In this document: piece after piece, positions 19,611 to 32,342 of the stretch
Position numbering within the stretch: the first letter of the stretch is position 1
Layout: each line of letters starts with the position of its first letter
From: Reyranella massiliensis 521
Lineage (GTDB): Bacteria; Pseudomonadota; Alphaproteobacteria; Reyranellales; Reyranellaceae
Direction of reading: 5' to 3'
Assembly (NCBI GenBank): GCA_945860205.1
Contig: CAMARK010000002.1
Location: 19,496 to 83,495 of the forward strand
DNA: 64,000 nucleotides
Notes under the pieces: model-generated
Databases searched by the model: none
What the model was told of the DNA's origin: nothing
Seen by the model: only the letters and a program-made list of their open reading frames with translations
Position numbers and translations under genes: made by a program

Positions 19611-20245
19611 TTCTTCTTCCTCGCCTTGGGGGCTAATGTCTTCGAAGACGGCGCCGCCGCCCCCTTGAGCATCAAGGCACCGTGGAAATAGTTCAAGGTC
19701 GCGAGGTCCGGCCCTCCCTGCATCATGCCGGCCTGATGCAGCATCACCAGCCCGTGGATGGTCGCCCACATCGACCAGCCGAACATCGCCGGGTCGGCCT
19801 CGATCACGCCCACTTCTTTCATCTGCTCGGCCTGGCGCGTGATGTACTGGCGGGCGCGCTTGGCCTCGCGCGCCAGCTCCGCATGGCTCTCGTCGATCGG
19901 CTGGTCGAGCTCGAACATGATGCGATAGGCATGAGGATTGCCGAGGGCGAAGCCGATGTAGGCATCGCCGACGCGCATCCCGCCCTCGGCCGGATCCTTC
20001 GCCGAGGCGGCAGCCTTCTCCAATGCATCCGCGAATTTGGCGAAGGCTTGTGCCCGCACCGTCGCGAGAATGTCGGCCTTGTCCTTGAAGTATCGGTAGG
20101 GAGTCTTGGGGCTGCAGCCCAGCGCCTCGGCGAGCTGGCGCATGGTGACGCCCTCGTAGCCGAAACGGGCGAACCGTTCGGTGGCGACCCGGCACAGCTC
20201 GGCCCGGAAGTCGGCGATGTCCTGATCGGTCAGATAGCGCGGCAT
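19607..20245 (-). CDS. TetR/AcrR-family transcriptional regulator
   Basis: N-terminal HTH (FARFGYEGVTMRQLAEALGCSPKTPYRYFKDK); ATG at 20245. Confidence 0.92.
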   Translation of the reverse strand: MPRYLTDQDIADFRAELCRVATERFARFGYEGVTMRQLAEALGCSPKTPYRYFKDKADILATVRAQAFAKFADALEKAAASAKDPAEGGMRVGDAYIGFALGNPHAYRIMFELDQPIDESHAELAREAKRARQYITRQAEQMKEVGVIEADPAMFGWSMWATIHGLVMLHQAGMMQGGPDLATLNYFHGALMLKGAAAPSSKTLAPKARKKK

Positions 20246-20258
20246 GTCTGTCTTTCCA

Positions 20259-20294
20259 TACACACCGTGTACGAAAAGCCGGCCGCCCGGTCAA
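20259..20294 (-). promoter_or_regulatory. Promoter TTGACC-N17-TACACG with overlapping TACAC-N3-GTGTA palindrome (putative TetR operator)
   Basis: -35 at 20289-20294, 17-nt spacer, -10 at 20266-20271; inverted repeat at 20259-20271 covers the -10 element and start site. Confidence 0.55.
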
Positions 20295-20304
20295 TGCCTC
20301 AGTG

Positions 20305-21477
20305 TCAGGCCGACTCCGCGAACAGTTCGCGGCCGATCAGCATGCGGCGGATCTCGCTGGTGCCGGCGCCGATCTCGTAGAGCTTGGCATCGCGCAGCAG
20401 GCGGCCCGTCGGATAGTCATTGATGTAGCCGTTGCCGCCCAGGAGCTGGATGGCATCGAGCGCCACCATGGTGGCCTTCTCCGCCGCATAGAGGATGGCG
20501 CCGGCCGAATCCTTGCGCGTCGTCTGACCGCGATCGCAGGCTTTGGCGACGGCATAGACGTACGACTTGCAGGCATTCATCGTCGTATACATGTCGGCGA
20601 GCTTGCCCTGGACGAGCTGGAAGGTGCCGATCGGCTGGCCGAACTGCTGGCGCTCGTGGACGTAGGGCACGACGATATCCATGGCCGACTGCATGATGCC
20701 CAGCGGTCCCGCCGCCAGCACGGCGCGCTCGTAGTCGAGGCCGCTCATCAGGACATTCACGCCTTTGCCTACCGGGCCCAGCACGTTCTCCTCGGGAATC
20801 TCGCAATCCTCGAACACCAGCTCGCCGGTCGACGAGCCGCGCATGCCCATTTTGTCGAGCTTCTGCGCCACCTTGAAACCCTTGCGGTCGGTCTCGACGA
20901 TGAAGGTGGTGATGCCGCGCGAGCCCGCCGCCGGATCGGTCTTGGCATAGACCACGACCACCTGCGCATCGGGACTGTTGGTGATCCACATCTTGGTGCC
21001 GTTCAGCACGTAGCGGTCGCCTTTCTTGTCCGCGCGCAGCTTCATGGAGACGACGTCGGAGCCCGCGCTCGCCTCGCTCATCGCCAGGCTGCCGACATGT
21101 TCGCCGGAAATCAGCTTCGGCAGGAAGCGGCGCTTCTGCTCGTCGTTGCCGTTGCGACTGATCTGGTTGACGCAGAGATTGGAGTGCGCACCGTAGCTGA
21201 GGCCGACCGCGGCCGACGCGCGGCTCAGTTCCTCAACCGCCACGACATGCTCGAGGTAACCCAGGCCCGAGCCGCCATATTCCTCCGCGACCGTGATGCC
21301 GTGCAGGCCGAGAGCGCCCATCTTGGGCCACAGCTCGCGCGGAAAGCGGTCGGTCTTGTCGAGCTCGGCGGCAATCGGCGCCACTTCGATCGAGGCAAAG
21401 CGCTGAACCTGGTCGCGCAGAGCGTCGGCGGTCTCGCCCAGACCGAAGTCGAAGGCCGGCATGGCATTGGGGATCAT
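20305..21477 (-). CDS. ivd: Isovaleryl-CoA dehydrogenase
   Basis: [64 protein letters not shown]. Confidence 0.93.
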   Translation of the reverse strand: MIPNAMPAFDFGLGETADALRDQVQRFASIEVAPIAAELDKTDRFPRELWPKMGALGLHGITVAEEYGGSGLGYLEHVVAVEELSRASAAVGLSYGAHSNLCVNQISRNGNDEQKRRFLPKLISGEHVGSLAMSEASAGSDVVSMKLRADKKGDRYVLNGTKMWITNSPDAQVVVVYAKTDPAAGSRGITTFIVETDRKGFKVAQKLDKMGMRGSSTGELVFEDCEIPEENVLGPVGKGVNVLMSGLDYERAVLAAGPLGIMQSAMDIVVPYVHERQQFGQPIGTFQLVQGKLADMYTTMNACKSYVYAVAKACDRGQTTRKDSAGAILYAAEKATMVALDAIQLLGGNGYINDYPTGRLLRDAKLYEIGAGTSEIRRMLIGRELFAESA

Positions 21478-21503
21478 GATTTACCTGTTGCGGTTCGGGC
21501 CAT

Positions 21504-21947
21504 TCAGGGCGCGCGGGTCGTCTTGACGTTGATGCGGATCAACTTCCATTCGGCGTCCGACGGAATGAAGTCCAGTTCAAAAACCACGCGCGCCGGCTCG
21601 GTCGGGAAGAATCCCTTCACGAGCAGCTTGCCTTGCTCGTCGATCGACGGTGCCGGATCGTAGGTCGGCTTCATTGCCGCGATGATGTCGATATCGATGT
21701 CTTTTTCAGCGAACTCCCTGAAGGTCTCCTTGAGTTTTTCCGGCGAGAATTGCTGACGAAACGGCTTGGAGAGCTTGGCGTGGAAGACCGTGTAGTTGCC
21801 CGTCACATTGGCATCATTGAACGACAACAGAGACGACTTCACCAAGACCTCGAGGCCGCGTTCCGTCGGCAGCTTGTTCTGCGCCTGTGCCGCCGGCGCA
21901 GCCAACGACAGGACGACCATCGCGACAAGGCGGGCGATCACTTGCAT
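21504..21947 (-). CDS. Hypothetical exported protein
   Basis: Signal peptide (MQVIARLVAMVVLSLAAPAAQA), GGAGG RBS, high-GC codon usage; no recognised family. Confidence 0.75.
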   Translation of the reverse strand: MQVIARLVAMVVLSLAAPAAQAQNKLPTERGLEVLVKSSLLSFNDANVTGNYTVFHAKLSKPFRQQFSPEKLKETFREFAEKDIDIDIIAAMKPTYDPAPSIDEQGKLLVKGFFPTEPARVVFELDFIPSDAEWKLIRINVKTTRAP

Positions 21948-22014
21948 GGAACCTCCTCCGACGGTCACGATACAGCGCCGGACCGCCGATGCGAAGCCGT
22001 CTCGACCGGGCCCG

Positions 22015-23372
22015 CTAAAGCAGGAACAGAGTCGCCAGTCCGAGAAAGGTGAGGAAGCCGATCACGTCGGTCACCATGGTCAGGAACACCGTGGAGGAAA
22101 CGGCGGGATCGATGCCGAACTTCTGGAGCCCGAGCGGAATGAGCGATCCGGCAAGGGCCGCCGCCATCAGGTTGCAGACCATGGCCGCCGCAATGACGCC
22201 GCCCAGGCGCCAGTCGCCGAACAACACGATGACACCGGCGGCCAGAAGAGTGGCGAACATCAGGCCGTTGAGGCTTCCGACGATGGCTTCCTTGGCGATG
22301 AAACGGAACGCGTTTGCCGCCGTCAGATCGCCCATGGCCAGCGCGCGCACGGTGACGGTCACGGTCTGGATGCCGGCATTGCCGCCCATCGAGGCGACGA
22401 TGGGCATCAGCACCGCCAAAATCACGATCTTCTCGATCGTGACCTCGAACTGGCTGATCACGAACGAGGCCACCAGCGCCGTCGCGACGTTGACCAGGAG
22501 CCATGGCGCCCGCAGCCGCATGGTGCGCACCGGTGGCGCATACAGATCGTCCATGCCGACGCCGCCCATCTTCAGCATGTCTTCTTCAGCTTCCTCGTCG
22601 ATCACGTCGACGACGTCGTCGACCATGATCACGCCAAGGAGCCGGTTTTCGCCATCGACGACGGGGCAGGAAACGAGGTTCTGGTCGCGGAAGAGATGCG
22701 CCACTTCGGCCTGATCGGCGGTCACCGGAACCGAGTGGATATCGGGGTCGACGATGTCGACGATCGGCACCGGCCGCTTGGTGCGCAGCATGCGCCCGAG
22801 CGGGACCGAGCCGCGCAGTTTCCCCGCCTCATCAACCACGAAGATGTCGTAAAGATCGTCCGGCAAGTCTGTTGCTTCGCGGCAGTGGTCGATCACCTGG
22901 CCCACGGTCCAGCTATCGGCGACCTTGACCAGCGAGCCCTGCATCATGCGCCCGGCGGTATCCTCCGGATACGCAAGCGCGCGCTCGATCTCGGCCCGCT
23001 CCTCGGCGGGAAGCTCGGCAAGGACGTCCTGGCGGTCCTGCTCGGGCAGGTCTTCCAGGAGGGTGGCGGCATCGTCGGTCTCGAGCTCGCGCGCCGCGGC
23101 GGCGATCTCTTTGCTGTCGAGCTGGTCGAGAACGTCCTCGAGGACCTCCTCGTCGAGTTCGGTCAGCGCTTCAGGATCGAGGTCGCGCTTGAGGATGCCG
23201 ACGAGTTTGTCGCGCTCGGGCTCGGCCACCTGTTCGAAGACCGATGCCTGGCCAGCGGGGCTGAGGTCGGCCAGGAGCGAGCGGACGTCGTCAGCCCGAT
23301 CCTCGGCGAGCGCTGCCTCGACCCGCCGGACCAGCTCCGGCGGCACTTCATCGAGGACGTCGCCCTCGCTGC

Positions 23373-23376
<4 letters not shown>
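22015..23376 (-). CDS. mgtE: Magnesium transporter MgtE
   Basis: YPEDTAGRMM CBS pair; LMPIVASMGGNAGIQT and DPAVSSTVFLTMVTDVIG in the TM region. Confidence 0.94.
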
Positions 23377-25658
<2,282 letters not shown>

Positions 25659-25676
25659 GCTCGTCTCCCGCCTACT

Positions 25677-25701
25677 AAAAAAGGGGCCGCCCGAAGGCGG
25701 C
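25677..25701 (-). terminator. Rho-independent terminator of tRNA-Leu
   Basis: Minus strand GCCGCC-UUCG-GGCGGC, then CCC and a U6 tract. Confidence 0.75.
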
Positions 25702-25737
25702 GACTCTGTTTCTACCCTTTCAATCGATCCGGCGAGT

Positions 25738-25822
25738 TGGTGCGGCCAAGAAGACTCGAACTTCCACGCCTCGCGGCACTAGCACCTCAAGCTAGCGCGT
25801 CTACCAATTCCGCCATGGCCGC
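25738..25822 (-). tRNA. tRNA-Leu (anticodon GAG)
   Basis: GCGGCCA acceptor, GGCGGAATTGGTAGAC D-arm, CTAGC-TTGAGGT-GCTAG anticodon arm, long variable arm, GTTCGAGTC T-loop, encoded CCA; upstream TTGCCA-N17-TATCCC. Confidence 0.97.
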
Positions 25823-25922
25823 GCCGGTTCGATGGCGCGGGGGATACCAAATCGCCCCCCCAGTGGCAAGGCGCGCGGCACTTCCCATTGCAATGAAGGC
25901 CCTGAGGCCCGATTTTGTCACC

Positions 25923-26615
25923 ATGAGCAAGCCGGATTGGCTGATTTCCGACCGCACGGTGCCCTATGAGGAAGCGCTGGCCACCATGGAGGCGCGCGTC
26001 GCCGACATTCGCGCCGGCCGCGCGCCCGAGCTGGTGTGGCTGCTGGAGCACCCGCCGCTCTACACCGCAGGCACCAGTTCCCGCGACATCGACCTTTTGG
26101 AGCCGGCGCGCTTTCCCGTGCATGTCGCGGGACGCGGCGGGCAATACACCTATCATGGCCCAGGCCAGCGCGTGGCCTATGTGATGCTCGACCTGCGCCG
26201 ACGCCGCCAGGACGTCCGCCGTTTCGTTTCGGACCTCGAGGAATGGACCATCCGCACGCTCGCCCGCTTCAACGTCGCGGCCGAACGCCGCGCCGGCCGG
26301 GTCGGCGTCTGGGTCGGGCGTCCCGACAAACCCGCCCTCCCCGATGGCAGCCCGCGCGAGGACAAGATCGCAGCAATTGGTGTCCGAATCCGGCACTGGG
26401 TGTCGTTCCACGGCATCTCGATCAACGTCGAGCCCGAGCTCTCGCACTACGCCGGCATCGTGCCCTGCGGCATCGCCGGCCACGGCGTGACTTCGCTGGT
26501 CGATCTTGGCCTGCCGATGACCCTGGCCGATCTCGACGTGGCGCTGGCCGAAACCTTTATGGAAGTGTTCGGCGTCCTGCCCGACAAAGAAGCTAGGCCG
26601 TCGGCAGCTGCGTAA
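25923..26615 (+). CDS. lipB: Lipoyl(octanoyl) transferase LipB
   Basis: [49 protein letters not shown]; ATG at 25923. Confidence 0.95.
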   Translation: MSKPDWLISDRTVPYEEALATMEARVADIRAGRAPELVWLLEHPPLYTAGTSSRDIDLLEPARFPVHVAGRGGQYTYHGPGQRVAYVMLDLRRRRQDVRRFVSDLEEWTIRTLARFNVAAERRAGRVGVWVGRPDKPALPDGSPREDKIAAIGVRIRHWVSFHGISINVEPELSHYAGIVPCGIAGHGVTSLVDLGLPMTLADLDVALAETFMEVFGVLPDKEARPSAAA

Positions 26616-26871
26616 AGCCCTCGGGCAGGATATCGAGATCGACCGGCTCGACATCGACGGCATCGACACGTGCCAAGGGCGGGCCGCGCCAGCAGGCGGC
26701 GATCATTTCGCCGACGGCCTGCTCCTCACCCACGATCAGGGCTTCGACCGAGCCGTCGCCGCGATTGCGGACCCAGCCGGCGAGGCCGAGCCGGCGGCCT
26801 GCGGCGATCGCCCAGTCGCGATAGCCGACGCCCTGCACCCGACCCGTGACGATGAGGCGGGCCTGCAGCAC
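26593..26871 (-). CDS. acyP: Acylphosphatase
   Basis: [31 protein letters not shown]; GTG at 26871; 3' end overlaps lipB by 23 bp. Confidence 0.92.
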   Translation of the reverse strand: MLQARLIVTGRVQGVGYRDWAIAAGRRLGLAGWVRNRGDGSVEALIVGEEQAVGEMIAACWRGPPLARVDAVDVEPVDLDILPEGFTQLPTA

Positions 26872-26878
26872 TATCGGC

Positions 26879-28927
26879 TCAGGCGAACTCGATGATCTTC
26901 TGGTCGACGCGCAGGCTGTCGCCTGCCTTGGCATGAAGCGTCTTGACCGTGCCGTCGCGCGTGGCGCGCAGCACGTTCTCCATCTTCATCGCCTCGACGA
27001 CGGCCAGCGCCTCGCCTGCCTTGATCTCCTGCCCTTCCGCCACAGCGACGGAGGCCAACAGGCCCGGCATCGGCGACAGCAGGAACTTCGAGGTATCGGG
27101 CGCGGCCTTGACCGGCATCAGCGCATAGAGCTCGGCCTGGCGCGGCGTCAGCACCAGCACGTCGGCCTGGCCGCCTTCCAGGATGAGCCGCCAGCCCGGC
27201 CCGACCGCATCGACCTGAACGACCACCGCCAGCCCATCGACCTTGGCATGGAACAAGGGCTCGCCCGGCGCCCAGCCGGTCTCGATCTCGATACGGCGGC
27301 CGGCGGCCTCGACCACGAAGTCCGAGCCGGCGCCGCTCAGCGTCAGCGCCATCGGCGCGCGGTTCAGCATGACGACGCAGCCATCCTGCACCAGTGCGAC
27401 ATGGCCGGGCATCTTGCCCGCCGCCGCGGCGGCACGCTGCGCCTGGATGCGGTCGACCACGGCCGCGACGCCCGCCAGTACCGCGGGATCGCGCGGCGGC
27501 AGGTGCGCCGCCGTGAAGCCGCCCTTGAATTCCTCGGCGATGAAGTTGGTCGTGAGGTTGCCGGCGACGAAGCGCGGATGCGCCATTAGGGCGGCCAGAA
27601 ACGGCACGTTGTGCGAGACGCCGCGGACGTAGAATTCATCGAGCGCACGGCGCATGCGATCGATGGCGGCGGTGCGCGTCTTGCCGTAGCTGCAGAGCTT
27701 GGCGATCATCGGATCGTAGAACATCGAGATCTCGCCGCCCTCGTAGACGCCGGTGTCGACGCGCACGTCGGGGCCGGGCGCGGGCTCGCGGTACTTCACC
27801 AGCCGCCCGGTCGAGGGCAGGAAGTTGCGGAAAGGATCCTCGGCGTAGAGACGCGCCTCGACCGCCCAGCCTTCCAGCTTCACGTCCTTTTGCGCAAGCG
27901 GCAGTTTCTCGCCCGCCGCCACCCTGATCATCAGCTCGACGAGGTCGAGGCCGGTGATCAGCTCGGTCACCGGATGCTCGACCTGCAGGCGGGTATTCAT
28001 TTCGAGGAAGTAGAACTTGCGGTTCTTGTCGACGATGAACTCGACCGTGCCGGCGCTCTTGTATTTGACCGCCTTCGCCAGGGCCACGGCCTGCTCGCCC
28101 ATCGCCTTGCGGGTCTTGGCATCGAGGAACGGGCTCGGCGCCTCCTCGATCACCTTCTGATGACGGCGCTGGATCGAGCACTCGCGCTCCCACAGGTAGA
28201 GGCAGTTGCCATGACCGTCGGCGATGAGCTGGATCTCGATGTGGCGCGGCTCCTCGATGTATTTCTCGATGAACACGCGGTCGTCGGCGAACGATGCTTT
28301 GGCCTCGTTGGTGGCCGACCCGAATCCCTCATGGGCCTCGGCGTCGTTGAAGGCGATGCGCATGCCCTTGCCGCCGCCGCCAGCCGATGCCTTGATCATC
28401 ACCGGATAGCCGACCTTGCGCGCGATCTTGACCGCCTCGTCGGCATTGGGGATGGCGGCGAGATAGCCCGGCACGGTGCTGACGCCGGCCTTTTGCGCCA
28501 GCTTCTTGGACTCGATCTTGTCGCCCATGGCGTGGATGGCGAAGGCATCGGGGCCGATGAAGGCGATGCCGGCCTTGGCCAGCGCCTTCTGGAATTCCTG
28601 CTTCTCCGAGAGAAATCCGTAACCGGGATGGACGGCCTGCGCGCCGGTCTTTTTGCAGGCTGCCACGATACTGTCGATCTGCAGGTAGGACTGCGCCGAG
28701 GGCGCCGGCCCGATCAGCACAGCCTCGTCGGCCTCGCGCACATGCAGCGCATCGGCGTCGGCATCGGAATAGACCGCGACCGTCTTGATGCCGAGCTTCT
28801 TGCAACTCCGGATGACCCGACAGGCGATCTCGCCACGATTGGCGATCAGGATCTTGTCGAACAGGGGCTTGGCGAGCTGGGGCTTGGCGGCAGCCTTCTT
28901 CGGTGCGGCCTTCTTCTTGGCGGCCAT
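26879..28927 (-). CDS. pccA: Propionyl-CoA carboxylase alpha subunit (biotin carboxylase + biotin carrier)
   Basis: KILIANRGEIACR, HPGYGFLSE, MIKASAGGGGKGMR, ERECSIQRRHQK, C-terminal EAMKM biotinylation motif. Confidence 0.93.
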   Translation of the reverse strand: MAAKKKAAPKKAAAKPQLAKPLFDKILIANRGEIACRVIRSCKKLGIKTVAVYSDADADALHVREADEAVLIGPAPSAQSYLQIDSIVAACKKTGAQAVHPGYGFLSEKQEFQKALAKAGIAFIGPDAFAIHAMGDKIESKKLAQKAGVSTVPGYLAAIPNADEAVKIARKVGYPVMIKASAGGGGKGMRIAFNDAEAHEGFGSATNEAKASFADDRVFIEKYIEEPRHIEIQLIADGHGNCLYLWERECSIQRRHQKVIEEAPSPFLDAKTRKAMGEQAVALAKAVKYKSAGTVEFIVDKNRKFYFLEMNTRLQVEHPVTELITGLDLVELMIRVAAGEKLPLAQKDVKLEGWAVEARLYAEDPFRNFLPSTGRLVKYREPAPGPDVRVDTGVYEGGEISMFYDPMIAKLCSYGKTRTAAIDRMRRALDEFYVRGVSHNVPFLAALMAHPRFVAGNLTTNFIAEEFKGGFTAAHLPPRDPAVLAGVAAVVDRIQAQRAAAAAGKMPGHVALVQDGCVVMLNRAPMALTLSGAGSDFVVEAAGRRIEIETGWAPGEPLFHAKVDGLAVVVQVDAVGPGWRLILEGGQADVLVLTPRQAELYALMPVKAAPDTSKFLLSPMPGLLASVAVAEGQEIKAGEALAVVEAMKMENVLRATRDGTVKTLHAKAGDSLRVDQKIIEFA

Positions 28928-28929
28928 GC

Positions 28930-29148
28930 TCAGGATCCTTCTTTACTGCGTTCGAACAGGCCCTTGGCCCAGGCCGTATGCGCGGCGATCAGCGGCACCC
29001 AGGCGATGAGCACCCACAGCCACCAGGGATAGCGGCTGCTGAAGACCGCATTGACGGCGATGAGCACCAGCAGCGCGAACAGCGCCACGATCACGTGCAA
29101 ACGCACGCTACGGCTCCGCCTCAGGCGCTCCTCGGGCGACAGAGTCAC
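28930..29148 (-). CDS. Small two-transmembrane (2TM-like) protein
   Basis: 72 aa; LHVIVALFALLVLIAVN and YPWWLWVLIAW hydrophobic helices; fills the gap between pccB and pccA. Confidence 0.7.
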   Translation of the reverse strand: MTLSPEERLRRSRSVRLHVIVALFALLVLIAVNAVFSSRYPWWLWVLIAWVPLIAAHTAWAKGLFERSKEGS

Positions 29149-29158
29149 AGCAGCCCCG

Positions 29159-30691
<1,533 letters not shown>

Positions 30692-30741
30692 CTATGTCTC
30701 CGGCCTTCCGTGACAGTTTTCAGCCATTAGCACGACTGCGT

Positions 30742-31614
30742 CTAGCGCAGGAATCGCTTCTCGTTGTCCTTGACCGCGCCCATGCCCTGCAGGTCGAACA
30801 CGTCCTCGACCGTCGCGATGCTCGCTTCGACGCCATGGATGCCCCGATCCTTGCGGATCTGCGCAAAGGTCGCGCGCATTGCGCCCACGGAGGCACGAAT
30901 GGCGTGGTTGCCCCAGATCAGCACGCCGATCTTCTTGAGTTCCTTCACCCGCGCCACCGTCATCTGCGGATAGGCGGTCGGCACCAAGGCGATCGGCGCC
31001 TTGCCATCCCAGGCACGCACGAAGGCCTCTATCTCGTCCGGCGTCTTCTGTTTGGAATGGACCAGGATCATGTCGGCGCCGGCCGCCTCGTAGGCGTGCG
31101 CCCGCTTCAGCGCCTCGTCCTGGCCGAGGCCTGCGATCAGCGCCTCGGTGCGCGCCACGATCACGAAATCAGGATCGCGCCGCGCCGCACGGGCCGCTTC
31201 GATCTTGCCCTGGAATTCCTCGATGCGAACCATGTCCTGGCGGCCGCCGGCGATCAGGCTGGTGACCTTGGGGAAGCTCTTGTCCTCCATCACGATCGCC
31301 GCCGCGCCCGCCCGCTCGTACTGCTCGATGGCATAGAGCACGTTGATGGCATTGCCGAAGCCGGTGTCGATATCGGCCACCACCGGCAACCCCGATCGAT
31401 CGACGATCGCCCGCGTCATGTCGAGATGCTGGGTCATCGAGACCATGCTGACATCGGGCACGCCATACATGGCCGAGAGTTCGAACCCGCTCGCCCAGAT
31501 CGCGTCGAAGCCCGCTTCGGCCGCCAGCATCGCCGACAGCGGACTATGCGCCGCCATCGCCTCGACGAGACCGTTCTTCGCCAGAACCTGACGAAGTCTG
31601 CTGCCTGCCCCCAT
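30742..31614 (-). CDS. Phosphonopyruvate hydrolase-like protein (isocitrate lyase/PEP mutase superfamily)
   Basis: Start moved to ATG 31614 (290 aa); AMAAHSPL, IWASGFELSA, ADIDTGFGNA, MEDKSFPKVTSL, QDMVRIEEFQGKI, HSKQKTPDEI, LVPTAYPQ, GNHAIRA resemble Variovorax PalA as I recall it. Confidence 0.8.
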   Translation of the reverse strand: MGAGSRLRQVLAKNGLVEAMAAHSPLSAMLAAEAGFDAIWASGFELSAMYGVPDVSMVSMTQHLDMTRAIVDRSGLPVVADIDTGFGNAINVLYAIEQYERAGAAAIVMEDKSFPKVTSLIAGGRQDMVRIEEFQGKIEAARAARRDPDFVIVARTEALIAGLGQDEALKRAHAYEAAGADMILVHSKQKTPDEIEAFVRAWDGKAPIALVPTAYPQMTVARVKELKKIGVLIWGNHAIRASVGAMRATFAQIRKDRGIHGVEASIATVEDVFDLQGMGAVKDNEKRFLR

Positions 31615-31625
31615 GTCTTTCCCCT

Positions 31626-32342
31626 TCAACCGCGCAGCCGCGCCCGCTCCAGCAATGCCAGAAACCGCGTACCGGCGTCGATGTCCTTGGCGACCCCGTC
31701 GCGATGCTTCACCGCCAACGGATCGTCGCCCCAGCGCTCGACCTGATAGAGTTCGTCGACCTGTGCGGCCGCAAAGGCACCCTCGGAGGTCAGCCGTCCC
31801 TCCGCCACGGCAAGCGCGATCACCAGCGAGCCCGACGTGTGGGTGAGATTGTACAGCGCCGACAGAGCAAGATCGGCATGCGCGGCGACGGCGTCGCGCA
31901 GGCGCCCCATGGCGGCCTCGGGCTGATCGACGAAAGTGATCCCGCTCGCGACGAGCAACTGCGCGCCATATCTCTCCTCTGCCCAATCGAGCAGCGGCTG
32001 CCAGGCGTCGTGCTGCAACGTCACCAAACTCTCGGGCGTGATGGCGCGATAGCACAGCAGATCGGACCCCGCGTATTTCGCGGTATCGGCGATGATCTCT
32101 TCGCGCCGCGGAGCCACGCGATCGAGGCCGGTGGCCGCCAGCCGCGTCAACGGCAGGTGGGCCGCATTGATCTCCGCCTTGTCAGGCACCCCGTGCCATT
32201 CGGCGGCAATGGCCTCTGCCAACGGCTTTGTCGGCACGACCAGGATTGCCTTGGCGGGCGTGCGCATGGGCTTGCCGTCGAGCAGCACACGGAACCCGTT
32301 CTCGGCCGGTTCGACCGCGGTCTCCTTGTAAAAGCGCTTCAT
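31626..32342 (-). CDS. ATP12-family F1-ATPase assembly chaperone
   Basis: MKRFYK, LDGKPMRTPA, AIAAEW, DLLCYRA, QVDELYQVERWGDD. Confidence 0.93.
   Translation of the reverse strand: MKRFYKETAVEPAENGFRVLLDGKPMRTPAKAILVVPTKPLAEAIAAEWHGVPDKAEINAAHLPLTRLAATGLDRVAPRREEIIADTAKYAGSDLLCYRAITPESLVTLQHDAWQPLLDWAEERYGAQLLVASGITFVDQPEAAMGRLRDAVAAHADLALSALYNLTHTSGSLVIALAVAEGRLTSEGAFAAAQVDELYQVERWGDDPLAVKHRDGVAKDIDAGTRFLALLERARLRG

Noticed and set aside
25738-25822. tRNA-Leu as an island integration site
   Set aside because: It is flanked directly by maeB and lipB; no integrase, no duplicated tRNA 3' end and no compositional shift.
30742-31614. Methylisocitrate lyase (prpB) call, suggested by the adjacent propionyl-CoA genes
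   Set aside because: The catalytic KRCGH motif is absent; the loop reads KVTS, and no prpC/prpD genes are present.
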